Source: Octopus bimaculoides (taxonomy: Eukaryota). From it: 55,622 nt of DNA. Positions within the stretch are counted from its first letter, which is position 1. Every line of letters begins with the position of its first letter. Shown here piece after piece: positions 13,093 through 25,223 of the stretch. A model generated the notes under the pieces. That model saw only the letters and a list, made by a program, of their open reading frames with translations, ran no database searches and was not told where the DNA came from. Where the stretch lies: NCBI RefSeq assembly GCF_001194135.2, contig NC_068989.1, forward strand, positions 77,782,747-77,838,368, written 5' to 3'. Both the position numbers and the translations under genes were made by a program.

Positions 13093-14030
13093 CTAAAATC
13101 TGTTAATGGATATACTCTCATTTGCGGCGGACGGTGCGGCGTGTAACACGACCAATTGTCTGACGTGTTGAGACCCCTTTGGGGTTTGTTGTCCTACATC
13201 ACTCATAAAGTAAATTGAGAGGAACTGGGGTTGTTTATTTGTTGGTAACAGGGAAGCATTGAGGTGATTGACGTGCCTTTGAAATTTGAACATCGGTGAA
13301 AATCCATGTTCAACTATCTCCTTAGATGCACAAAACGATGTCATTTGAAATACAGAGTTGTATTGTCTGATATTGTTCAGAAAATCCTTTCACTAGATCG
13401 AAATGCCTTCCAGAAGATCCATAATAGATTGAGGAGGAGCTGGTAGTGCTGGCAATCTTACATTACCGCTTGAACAGCACATACCATTAGTTTCATACAA
13501 AATATTAAAGCTTTACAGAAATGACAATTGCAGTTTAGCACACCAATTTGGACAAAATTATCATTTTTATAAGAATATGAAGGATCATGTCTGAAAGCAG
13601 TACTAGGAGTTGTGAAGAACGAATTTGTACGTAGTCTGTTATTGATATCTGTTCTATTGGACCTCTGTCTAATCATCAAAACGTTGTTTAAATAATTTAG
13701 CATTAAGTGCTGCAGCATGCCTTTGCTGGTCCTGGCCAAGTCTCAACTCCCTTCGGTATTGAGACTCCATCTGATGTGCAGCAGAATTCCTTTGCTGATC
13801 TTGCGAAAGTCTCATCTCGCTTCTCTCTTGAGACTCCATTAGATGTACTGCAGGATGCATTTGCTGATTTTGAGAAAGTCTCATCGTCCTTGTCTCTTGA
13901 TACTCCATCTGACCTACTGCAGCATGAATTTCCTGATCTTGGGAAAGTATCATTTGTCTTCTCTTCTCTCTTGAGACTCCATCTGATCTGCTGCAGCATG
14001 CATTTGCTGATCTTGAGAAAGTCTCATCTC
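13093..14030 (-). pseudogene. Helitron Rep/Hel N-terminal pseudogene fragment
   Basis: 23-aa repeats (MRLSQDQQ..AA.QMESQE), then AFRHDPSYSY..IGVLNCNCHFCKAL (zinc-binding region) and MTSFCASKEIVEHGFSPMFKFQRHVNHLNASLLP..PQFLSIYFM, resembling the Helitron QMTSFG..TFKIQGQVYHRIGSLLP..FLQIYF motif. Frameshifted. Confidence 0.8.
13710..14030. repeat. 69-bp coding minisatellite, about 4.5 copies
   Basis: The unit GCAGCATGCATTTGCTGATCTTGAGAAAGTCTCAT...GAGACTCCATCTGA recurs and encodes the 23-aa repeat. Confidence 0.9.
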
Positions 14031-14433
14031 ATTTTGACACTGGAATTAAAGGTGAAAGAATAAAAATGAGACAACATAGGCTTATCACATTAGAATGAGA
14101 AGTGAAAGAATGAAAGTAAAACAATATTATATCGCAGTACAGTATAGATCTTATTCTTTCACTTTTGACTCGTAATATCTAACCAGAGTGAATATTATAT
14201 TGCTTTAACCCAAATGAAAAAAAAAGAATACACGTTGACATTCACAGGATCTGATACTGTTATCGTGTAAAATTTGATTTGATTTGGTCCAGCCGTTTGA
14301 GAATGCATAGAGAACAGACATAGAGACAAAGAGTTTTATAAATGTAAATTACACTTGACTTCTGTTATCATTTTCAGACAAAAAGCAGACGATGGAGTCA
14401 TTTCAAAATGAATTTCTTTTCTTTATATTCTAG

Positions 14434-14531
14434 GATCGACGTTGCTTTTCCTGACTACAGTATTCTGCGTTATTATTATTCTTTCTGTTATCTCGTGCAT
14501 TGTTTGTGTCGTTTTTATAAAGATCATCTAA
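14434..14531 (+). CDS. Candidate terminal exon encoding a C-terminal transmembrane helix
   Basis: Strong acceptor tttcttttctttatattctag, then a phase-1 frame (G)STLLFLTTVFCVIIILSVISCIVCVVFIKII*. Confidence 0.25.
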
Positions 14532-15861
14532 AGAAAAACGGGCATTAAATTATGGTTTAATCAGCAAGTGGTTCAACATGTAATGGATCTAGAACCATCG
14601 CAGTTTCATATTGCATTATATTTCCCATTTCATTTTAATGCCTGTAATTAGGCTAATCCACGATGTGGCCTACATTTCCATTCACCACATGACAACGCTG
14701 AACCCATGACGCATTTTTTGCTGCATGTATCTCCATATCTGACATTTACAAAAAGTGTCGTCTACATATTTATGGCAGAAAATATATGCTTGAACGTAGA
14801 GTATTACGAAACATATTTTTCTGTTTTAATCTTTATATTTATGGATATCCTGGTAATACGAATTTTGCCAACAATTTTCATGGGAGGAAACACGTTGATT
14901 ATATTGATGCCAGCGCTCTACTGGCGCTTATTTTATTGACACCGAAAGAATAAAAGATGTCGTCAGTAGTTTCAACTCGCGAAGTAAAAATTCGAATGAA
15001 AAGCTGCTATGCATTTCATCCGATCTGTGGCTTACTGCTTTTGATATCCTTGTGTTTGATGCATTTCCTAACACACCTATATACGGATGAATTTAATTGA
15101 GACCACAGATTGAAATTGATTCTCTGTTGAAGGGAGTTCACATCTTTCACACCCCTGGTGTCTTTTAGAAACAGAAGAATGTGACAAAATAGTCCTTCTG
15201 TTAACATTTCACCTTGGTGTAGCTTGAATATGAACTCATTAAAACTATCACACACTAAAAAATTATTCTCCCTGTAATGATTATAAATTGAAGGCATTCA
15301 AAATAATAAAGTATTTGGTCATGTATTCATTTTACGATTCCTTTCGAACAATAACCAGTTACCATGTCATGAGTAACACAATCGCATTTATAACCTTATA
15401 ACTAAAGTCAGCTTCCCTAACTTCAAGAATGCATCAATACACATATCCACGAACTGGAAAAAGAAATTGGTTAAACTTTGACCAATTCATAGAGAATAAT
15501 ACATATTTCTCCTGTTCGACACTTTCTAAAAATCGTGTTTCATTAATTGCTCGCAAAAGTATAACACGCTAAAGTAGTACATTTTTTTCACTCTAAAACA
15601 TTTAAATCTGTTTTAAAACAGCCTCCAAATTTCTAAATAGTGCTGAGCTTGCTTTATCATTTTCTTTATTTCTGCTTCATGCTGCATTGCACAACATGTA
15701 GCATATCAATGGTAAGAGGTTGGCAGGTCTCATTCAACTATTTTTCATCTCCTAGTGAATGGGCTACTGTAAGTGGTTCTCCAAAAAAATATTCATATCC
15801 ACCCAAACTGATTCAGAGAGCAAGAGANNNNNNNNNNGAGAGAGAGAGAGAGAGAGAGATA

Positions 15862-15903
<42 letters not shown>

Positions 15904-15944
15904 GGTGAGTTGCAGATGTGAGAATAATCTGCTTCGTTGCTTGA

Positions 15945-16080
15945 CTGGTATTTTATTACCGACCCAGAAATGTTGGAAAGGATGAGTAGATAACGACAGG
16001 ACTTCAATTGAGAGCTCAAAAATTGGAGCGAATATTGCAAGGCTTTCTATGCGTTGCTTTAACGAATAGGCCAATTAGTA
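15945..16080 (-). mobile_element. Degraded family A SINE
   Basis: ACTGGTATTTTATTACCGACCC...GAAAGGATGA...CTTCAATTGAGAGC matches the reverse complement of family A. Confidence 0.5.
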
Positions 16081-16187
16081 ACGCTTTTGATTGATACGTG
16101 ATCTTTGTTATTAAATGAACGCATATTCCTATTAGCTTTATTATGCATACACATACACATTCTCTCTCTCTCTCTTTCTATCTCTCG

Positions 16188-16240
<53 letters not shown>

Positions 16241-16664
16241 GCTCTATGAATACACACACATGAATGTGCAAATACGTTTATATATTTACGAATATTTTCA
16301 CTTCGCTGATTACAACTTGAATTATGAGCTCAATTTGATATAGCAAGTTGACATACCTTGCAATTAAATGCGAGTGAAAGAGGTGGATGACCTGCAGTCT
16401 CTTATAGCTGCACGTAATTTATCTCATTCCCGTCTGGGTAGAGTTTAAGAGAAACTGGTGCGTGTTTATGTTCCAAAATCAACCAACTTAAAATGTTAGG
16501 ATGCACACAATCTTCATCCAACAAGTAAACATCGAGATAAAATTCAAAGGTACAAAATCATAGATTATGTCAAAAAAAAAAAATCAATGCAATTGTTCAA
16601 CGTATGATCACATGTGTATTTGGTTTTAATATATCACCTAATTACAGGACAATATTTTCTCAGG

Positions 16665-16835
16665 GAGTTCAGGTGGTGAGGTCGCTAAATCATTAGGACA
16701 CAACCAATATCCTTAGAAGCATTTCGTCTGTCGTTAATGGTCCGAGTTCAAGTTCCGCCGAAGTCGACTTTGCATTTCATCATTCTGGGGTCGATAAAAT
16801 AAGTACCATTTAAACATTGGGGTCGACCCAATCAT
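16665..16835 (+). mobile_element. tRNA-derived SINE (family A)
   Basis: GAGTTCAAGTTCCGCCGAAGTCGACTTTGCATTTCATCATTCTGGGGTCGATAAAATAAGTACCA. Confidence 0.85.
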
Positions 16836-16904
16836 CTAACAATATAGTTATAGTCCCTATAACTACTGGCTTTGTGCTACATTTGAAATCAATATTTTCT
16901 CTAG

Positions 16905-17128
16905 AAGTTAACGCAGTAAAGTGGCGAAATCGTTACACACCAGGCAAAACGCTTAGTGGTACTTCGTTAATCTTTGTTCTGAGTTGTAATTGTACCGAGA
17001 AGAGCTTGACTTTGCCTTTCACATTTTTGTTGTCGATAAAATGAATACCAGTTGAGCACTGGTGTTGATTTGATAATCTTACCTCGCGTCCGAAATCGCT
17101 TGCCTTGTGCCAAAATTTGAAACCAATA
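16905..17128 (+). mobile_element. Second tandem family A SINE with 3' tail
   Basis: GTGGCGAAATCGTTA...TTCTGAGTTG...GACTTTGCCTTTCA...GTCGATAAAATGAATACCAGTTGAGCACTGG...CCTTGTGCCAAAATTTGAAACCAATA. Confidence 0.8.
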
Positions 17129-18989
17129 TACAGTGTGAAACAACCGAAGTTGCTTCGACTGGTATGTAACTAACGTCAAAAGCAGAAGAAATTTTGACTA
17201 AAGAGCAGGAAGTCGTTCTTTTATATTTAATTTCTTGAATTCCGTAATACTGTCATCATGATACATCAAATTAAAACCACCTACTGTCTAAACTGCTAAA
17301 ATAGCACCCTCAATTTACACTTAGTTTACATTCTGCAGCTTTAAAGAAGCGAAGAAAAATTGCATAATGCAGTCATAGAGACTGCCTGAAAAATAGATGC
17401 GTTTGTTACATTTGCAATGTCTTCCATCACAGGTCTGCTTCCCCAAAGAGCACTTTGGGCTGGACAGCAACAACAGTACGTATTTTTTGCTCTGTATTTT
17501 GAAGTAGGTCACCGATATGAGATACATGTGAAGAAAAAGAAAAAAACTAATGTTTTCCTTGTAACAAACATTTAGTGATAACATAAAAATTCTATATTAT
17601 TTCTGCTATGTTATTCTGGAATTAAACATTTAAACACCACTGTAGTAAAAATTACAGAATATCTGAAAGGAACTACGTATTTGAAGTTTATTACAATATT
17701 AACAATTTTCACCAGGAAATTAATAATATTTTAGATTCCTTTGAAATAATCTAGTTAAGAAACTACTAACACAATCTCACACATTAGTTGGTAGAAGTGG
17801 GCTCCACTTGTTTAAAATTTGACTCATTAGATGAGTCCCTTAGGTAGACACAGACTAACGAAAGTCGACCAATCACTTAGATAAGTATGGTCGTTCTAAA
17901 AATGTTAAACTGTTTCGTATTTATATATTAACAACGACACTGAAATTCCACAATGTAGTTTGATATACGACATTTAAAGCTAACCGAAAATCTAATCAAA
18001 TCAGAAATGTAACACTTAGCGTCCCGTGTAGGGGTTCTGCGAATCGGCGTACGATTGTAAATTTTATTGCGAAATAATAATCTAAATACGGATAGGTGTA
18101 TAGGGAATAATTTATTACGAATATAATGGAAATTTCGATATAATTTAGTTATCACACACTGCTGCTGAATGTCATTTAATGAGAGTAAACGTATTATTTG
18201 TCTTAAATAAAATAATTTAGTTACCCTATACATCTAGGGAATTCAAAGTCTGACTTGAATAGAGGAAAACACACAAAAACGCGCCGAAGAGTAGCCTCTT
18301 TTAGGTGATTCTACTTGTTTTCACTTCAATATATTGATACACTGATGCATGTATCTGTCTGTGAAATAATTTCGTATCAAAATGAACGCATATTTTCTCA
18401 GTAGCGCATAAACGAAAACTCAGTAAATCGTACAGAAATTCTTGTATTTGTTACTTGTTTTATTATCTGACGGGATTTGAACTTAGAATGTCCAAAGATG
18501 AAACAAATACCCGAAGAAATACTCTATCGATACTGCAATTTGATTTTTTTTTTAGCATATTTACAATGGATTAATATGTTAAAATATAAAGGATTTAAAA
18601 TCTAATACTTAACTAGATGAAAAATCTCTTATTTTTAACAATTGGTGATTTCTTTCTTCATATCTCACAAGCAGTAAACGAGGTCTAACAGGAAGGCATG
18701 TCAATAACTTGTTCCATCGCTGAGACGACTAGCCATAATTTAATGTATTTCTAAATACTCCAAACGTTGACTTACTAAAGGACGCTAGTGATTAACGAAT
18801 TTTTGATTTACTGGGGAAGAGTTATAAAATAAATATTTTTATGCAATTGAAATTGTGGCAGAAACATTTCGAGATAAGCAATAATACATTTTTATGATAA
18901 AATATTTCAACTGCTCAGTTCATTTGCGAACACGGGATTTGGAAGAAAGGCTATTATAATTTACTATTGAATTTATGGAAATATAATTT

Positions 18990-19695
18990 CTTGTGGCAAG
19001 CTTCAAAATGCTTTTCGTTCATAATGATAGCTCAGGATCAGTCTCTACTCATAATCTACCAAGGGAGTGTTTTCCGCAATGGTGCTGACCTAAACTGTAC
19101 ATTATGTGATAACACTATTGAAACAATCGACTACATGGCTGCTGTAAATTGTGTAATAATTGAGTACAAAAACCGATATAACCAACGTGACAAGGCAGTG
19201 CCTACTTTAGAACATCTATCATCATTATGCCATTCCCCTTCCTAAAAACTGGTATGCACATCGCACAAACCCAGTCACTGGGGGTGACAGAGTTACTATT
19301 CTGTGGAAAGTTACCATTCATAATGACAGAGAAATAAATGCCAACAGACCTAATATCAAAGTTCGTCGACAAAATAACTGCTGTCTAATAGGTATGACAG
19401 TGTCAGCAGATTGAAATATTTCACTCAAATAATTCGTAAAGTTATATAAATTCAAGGGTTTAGAGATAGAAGGCAGCAGGATGTGGAAAATAGAATTCGT
19501 AGGAGCATTAGGTATAATAAAATACCTGGAAAATAAAATATACACGATGTCCAAAAGATTGTTCTAACCTCAACAGCCCATCTCTTGAAAAAATTCCTAT
19601 CGTTATAACAAATTTACTCACCTTAGGTCTCAGCTAGAGACCCAGCTAGAATCTAAAATCCTTCGAAATCAAGCTACACTAATAATGATAATAAT
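18990..19695 (+). mobile_element. R4/Dong-clade retrotransposon 3' portion with 3'UTR and (TAA)n tail
   Basis: Translation reads FIMIAQDQSL..NGADLNCTLCDNTIETIDY, NWYAH..VTILW, NANRPN, GLEIEGSRMWK..VGALGII and DVQKIVLTSTAHLLKKFLSL* (stop 19606-19608). A 3'UTR hairpin GGTCTC/GAGACC and the tail TAATAATGATAATAAT follow. Confidence 0.9.
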
Positions 19696-19699
19696 ACTT

Positions 19700-19838
19700 T
19701 CTACTTAAGGCACAAGGTCTCACATTCTAGGGGAGGAAACTTTTCGATGGCATCGACCCTCGTGCTCAACTGGAACTTATTTTATCGGACCGGAAATGAT
19801 GAAAGGCAAAGCCGACGTCGGCGGAATTTGAACTCAGT
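19700..19838 (-). mobile_element. Family A SINE, head truncated
   Basis: AGGCACAAGG...AACTGGAACTTATTTTATCGGACC...ATGAAAGGCAAAGCCGACGTCGGCGGAATTTGAACTCAG. Confidence 0.85.
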
Positions 19839-19839
19839 G

Positions 19840-20082
19840 TTGCACCCGCCCTATTAGAAAGATTTAACCCCTGCGGACTTTCACATATTTTCCAAGATGA
19901 AAATGCATCCCGTAGGTCGCCATTTTAACACTGTTGGCGAGATCGAGAGCAAATCGCAGACGTTCCTGGACTCGCTTAAGGAAAACGGCTTCCGGGCCGG
20001 ATTCCAGAAATGTCAGGAACGCTAAGATCGGTGTATTGTTACGCAAAGTAACTATTCCAAAGGAGATGATGTTAAGACTTAG
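19840..20082 (+). mobile_element. mariner transposase C-terminal fragment
   Basis: LHPPY*KDLTPADFHIFSKMK...GRHFNTVGEI...FQKCQER*DRCIVTQSNYSKGD, which fits the HPPYSPDLAPxD...WxRCI..GxYFEGD motif. Confidence 0.85.
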
Positions 20083-21046
20083 GTAAATAAGTTATTTTGT
20101 ATTGAACATAACAACCAACTCATCACATCCGCTGTTCTTATCTTGGTATGTTACTGTTATCAAATGAGCGATTTAATCAAAACAAGCCATTTCAAATCCA
20201 AACGTAATGGTATTATAACAGAATGCCAACGAGACACTCTACGCATCCATCTATGGCATAATAACTTAGTAAAATATAGCTGAGAAATTTGTTTCACATG
20301 TTATCTTACAGTTTTAAAATTTTGCTTGTATTGTGTATCATACATGATTCACATTCGCAAACTAAATTGGCACTTATGAAAGTAAAACTGTATATTACTG
20401 AGTACGAATGAAATAGAACTAATTAAAAGTCTGTTAACAAGCGTGGGCGTTTAAGAAAAATATATGGAAATACTTTGGAAATCAAGGTTAGACAAATAGT
20501 GTAATGCAGTAATACAAGTACAACATTCGAAAATGAAATTGATTTGATCAGAATCGAAATGGTTTTCGTTATAGGTCGGCTCCACAGCGGCAAAAACAAG
20601 AACAGGAATATGAACGGCACCAACATGATATATATTTTGCGTTTCATTTAAAAAAAAACAATCACTGGATTGTTTGATTGTTTGCAAAATGCAGCATTAC
20701 ATTACATGCACTAAGGTCTGTTATTAATCAATTAAGATCAGCTTCGCAATTTTCATTCTTACTGAAAACGTAAGCCGTTAACAATAGAAGTTACATTAAT
20801 AATACCTCGATTACTTCGTTTGCTAGATCATTTGAAGATATACTTAATTGAAAAGTATCACAATTTTTATAAACACATTAAGGCAAATATTTGCGAACGA
20901 CTACATTTTCGAATGTTTCTTACAAACTTCCACAATTTATATGTGCGTGTGTGTGTGTGTGAATGTGTGTGTGTGTTAGATAATAAGGCACTAAAAGAGA
21001 ATGACTCACCCCAGGAACAAGAATATATATATATATATATATTCAC

Positions 21047-21097
<51 letters not shown>

Positions 21098-21107
21098 NNN
21101 NNNNNNN

Positions 21108-21156
<49 letters not shown>

Positions 21157-21410
21157 TATGCGTATATGTATACATATATAGATATATGTATATGCATCTC
21201 TATTTGTGTGCGTTAAGTGTCGCACAGATAGAAAGCGAAGATCTGCATGCAGTGACCTATCATATTAAAAGACAACTTCGAAATGTTTTTGCTGAACTTG
21301 ACTAGACTTAGAACATCATACATTTTTATCTCGCATCATATAGTGTTCAGACCAGCCAAATCCAACCTATCACTCGTACCTTTCAATGCCATTCTAAAAA
21401 TATATTATTA

Positions 21411-21633
21411 CAGTAATCCCTCTCCGTATCGGAGTTTACCTATCGCAGTTTATTATTTAAGCTTACATTGATTTCTCTGTGGTGCTGCTTTGCATTTAAA
21501 ATAAAATAAATATATGCAAATTATTTGAAAAATTAAAAAAAATATAGAGTACAGTACAGTTTATATTTCGCGGATTTTCACCTATCGTGGGGCATTTTGG
21601 AACGTATCATCCGCGATAGTCTAGTGATTACTG
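21411..21633. mobile_element. pogo/Tigger-type MITE with TIRs and TA target duplication
   Basis: TA|CAGTAATCCCTC..TATCG ... CGATAGTCTAGTGATTACTG|TA, with an internal repeated TTCACCTATCG motif. Confidence 0.8.
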
Positions 21634-24570
21634 TACATCATTTTGAAATTTCAAAGCTCTGAGATAATACATAATTTATTCAAAACAATGTAAATAAATA
21701 AGCATTATATTTCATAGAGTTGTCTGAACGCTAAAGGATTAAGGCGTCTATGTGTTCTACCTATACATTCTAATATGAGGAAAATAATGGATGGCATGGT
21801 TAGATATTAACAGGGATAAGCATAGTTAGAAGAGGCATGTTAGGAATAGATGCAAAGACTTAACGCAGTGATATAAGAGAAAACGGTATCAAAGATATCT
21901 AGCTTCTATATATGTTTGTATTAGAAGGTTATGAAACTGTAAGGATGAAAGAAAGATGTGTGGACGTCGATATCAGCTATAGATCTTCGGTTGAATTATG
22001 TCATATCGAATGACATTCCCTCAGTAAATAAAGAACTTTATGTACTTCAGGTAATTACATTGCTCGAAGCTACGCTTACATACTTTACTAAGCAAAGATT
22101 GATGTCCAGATATCAAGAGTATACATGTTGAGCTTCGTCTATAAATCGAAGATTTTAATGAGTATTTAACGGTCTCTAGCGAAGGTGGATTCATTTACGT
22201 TTCAAGAGAAATAATATAGTTGGCATGGGCATTTTTTCGAACGCCTGTATATTGGCAAACACACACACACACAAACACACTCACTCACTCATTCTCTCAC
22301 ATACCGCCACCACAACACACAAAAAAACATACACATAGACACACACGAACAGAACACGTAGAAAAACACTTCTTTACTTAGACCGAGGACGTTGACATCT
22401 AAAAACTCTAGGTACTATCATCCAGAGGCGAACTCGCAAGTCGTTATGCAACCCGATTCGGAATCAACATGTTCTTTACCATGTGGGTTATACATACATG
22501 ATTGTTGAGGAGATATTAGTTGTTGATTGCTTTGGCAGTTTCTGTTAATTTATTGTAGTTGTAATTCTTTCGCTTTTACACGGTCGGCTTATGTATGAAC
22601 GCCAGGCAATACAAGTTTTTCCCAGTTTTTCACTCTGACAGTAGGGTAATTCGCACCTATACAGTAGATCACAACTACAGAACTGATAAAAAAAAATGAA
22701 CACATCGCAGATTTAACAACAATCAATTTAATACGAATAGATGAAAGTTTGTCTCGAGATTGCAAGGGCACCAAAATCACTGCGCTTTACAAAAATGGAA
22801 ACATATGCTTGGAAAAAATATCATTGACTATAATATAATGCTTCGAGCAATAAACAATCTAGACTGACCCCCAACTCACACAAGAATCACTATATCTGGA
22901 AGAAATTCCATTTATATTGCTATAACTATGCGGCACCTGCGAGAATATGTAAAATGCAGAATTCACCAGTCTTTATTTTCCCGACACATGATGTTTGTTT
23001 CTATAAAGTGTGACAAGTTGTAGGTAAAGTGGGTGTCTCTCTAACTAGCGTAAGATAAACGACATTGTTACTCGATGGTACTTACAGGCACTTACAATTT
23101 CAAAACAAATAGTGTAAAGGAATATTGATGTATCTTAGTACACATTTTTCTACCCAATATCTCATTGTCATAATTGAAGAAGACTACAGGCACCGAAAAC
23201 AGAATATTATATATGCTGCGCTGATTTTAAGCTGCTGGTTATCAAGACTAAATATCAAGTAATTAACCACAATGATTACAGCACACAAATTATAATACTT
23301 GGATAACTGCATTATTGCCAAGTATTTCTAGGATGATATGCAAACATGAATAGACAGAGGGGCAATTGTTTATAGCCTTTCGGTATTCTCCAGAAAGACA
23401 GAAAGTCATGTTGCAAAAATATCCGGAACTAGTTCTATTTCACCAACTATCACCATTTTGTAATCTCATAAAGATTGCAAATAGCGAAAGATTCATGTCA
23501 AAAAGCGCCTAAAACAGAGATCAGACTCAACTTCTACAACAGGAATTAGCTGTCATCATTACAGTGAGTGTGCACAATGCATGCCCAAATATTCTCTCAC
23601 TTGTGAGAAAACCTCGGTTTATATAAGGGGAATAGAATGTAAATAGAAGGTCTTCACCAACAAAGATTACTGGACATATCAAGGAGCAAGTGGAAGGAGA
23701 GAAATGAAAAATGTTCCCACTTGTATGTTAAGTGATCTTCTGAACCCTATATAGCTATGATAAGCAATCTCTGTATTACTACGAGAAAAATGAATCACTA
23801 ACATACTCAGAAACATCAAGTTGAATAAAGCAATACGACCTGTAGAAGTAGTAGCAGATATAAGCGTATAAATATGCAACGAAAAATTGTTATAATAGAA
23901 GCTCTAAGAACATAAAGGTTTTTATATGCTGCAACAACATAAATATAAACAATTTCAACGACGCTGATGTCTTGTAACATGCTTGATTGTGTTGCATTGC
24001 TAGGCTCCGCAAGTAAACCTGGATGTTGAATTCAACCAAACTTTTGTGGTCGATCAAATCATTGCTTATAAAATTTGTCAGAATTTGTCGTTAAGTGTGT
24101 GGACCATGCAGACTGACTCCCCTATTCTCGCAGGGTAGTTTTAATCCATTGATCGCTTTCACACTGACACCTATTCCTTGGATGCCTCTGTAAACGGCGC
24201 TGAATCAGTTGCAAGCATTTAGAGCAACTTGGTCTCTTCTATACACTAGTATTCGGTGATACTAAATGTTATCACAGACATCCTCTCCTAATTAAGCTGT
24301 AATATGTAATGACATATATATAAGGTTGAACCGACCGCCATTATTTATTCGACACTGAATGAAATGGAATGACAAGGCGATAATGAAATCAAAAATAATA
24401 GCTACATGTTTAGAAATCGAGGAGTAAAGTGATGGAGTTAAATGTTGTAATTTAATTGGGTGGTGATTCTGTGTTTTAGACAGTGCTACTCTAATATTTA
24501 TCCTGAAGTCAGCATAAAATATCGAAAGAAATAACACAAAACGAATAAAAAATGTAGAATGTAGACTCAC

Positions 24571-25223
24571 ATATACATCCACATCTGAAATGTATCAGAA
24601 TAAAACAGCAAAAAAAAAAAAATAATAAATTGTAGTAGATGACAGAACAGTATGGGTAGCAACAATTTGATTAGCAATATTAAAAAGAGTAATGATGATG
24701 ATGATGATGATGATGATGATGTTGACGATGATAGTAATAACAATATTAATAACAACAATAGCATCAACAATAATGATAATAATAATAATATTAATACAAA
24801 TTAAAACATCACCAACAGCACAAAGACAACTGAAGATTAAACTGAAGAACATATTCATATGAACCATCGAGAAATCTTTAGCGGGCTGCTTTGATGTGGA
24901 AATATGAAGAAAATGTAAAAAATCGCGTGTCGTGATTTACAAATAAAGCCTAAATGAAGTACACTAATAGCTAAAAAGTAAGCTATACTTCAAGCATCTA
25001 CCACTAGAAATAACCACTATTTACTTTATATCTTTACAACCTGCTGTCCTTGAACACAACGAAGGACATATTCATAAAATTGGTCATAAATACACTGCAC
25101 CGGAATATAATGACATTGTCACAGTTGAAACACCGTTAGTTATGTCCAGATTTCAGCAGAACCGACCTGCGTTTAAATAGGAATCATCATTGTCTTACAC
25201 AGCTACAATGGCGATAACAGCAG
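24571..25223 (-). CDS. Candidate micro-exon pair (25223-25199 and 24584-24571)
   Basis: tgtgtgtag|CTGCTGTTATCGCCATTGTAGCTGT|gtaaga and (poly-T)atttcag|ATGTGGATGTATAT|gtgagt. Spliced in frame they read xAVIAIVAVCGCI. Confidence 0.25.
24690..24795. repeat. Compound (GAT)n/(AAT)n/(AAC)n microsatellite
   Basis: Directly visible in the sequence. Confidence 0.9.

Larger units (their letters stand above)
12739..14348 (-). mobile_element. Internally deleted Helitron with both termini
   Basis: The 3' end on the minus strand is CCCGAGCAACGCCGGG hairpin + TATCTCTG + CTAG|T (12739). The 5' end is TACATTTATAAAA...TGTCTG...CTCAAACGGCTGGACC (about 14348). Rep-helicase N-terminal relics lie between them. 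Confidence 0.85.

Noticed and set aside
13707-14063. 118-aa plus-strand repeat ORF
   Set aside because: It is the antisense reading of the Helitron 69-bp coding repeat.
15016-15297. 93-aa minus-strand ORF and nearby short hydrophobic ORFs (14706, 15640, 17321, 20423, 53057)
   Set aside because: No recognisable motifs, and lengths and composition fit chance in AT-rich DNA.
22780-24300. Possible decayed LINE region
   Set aside because: The composition looks coding-derived, but I could not recover any RT, APE or RLE motif by eye, so it is not called.
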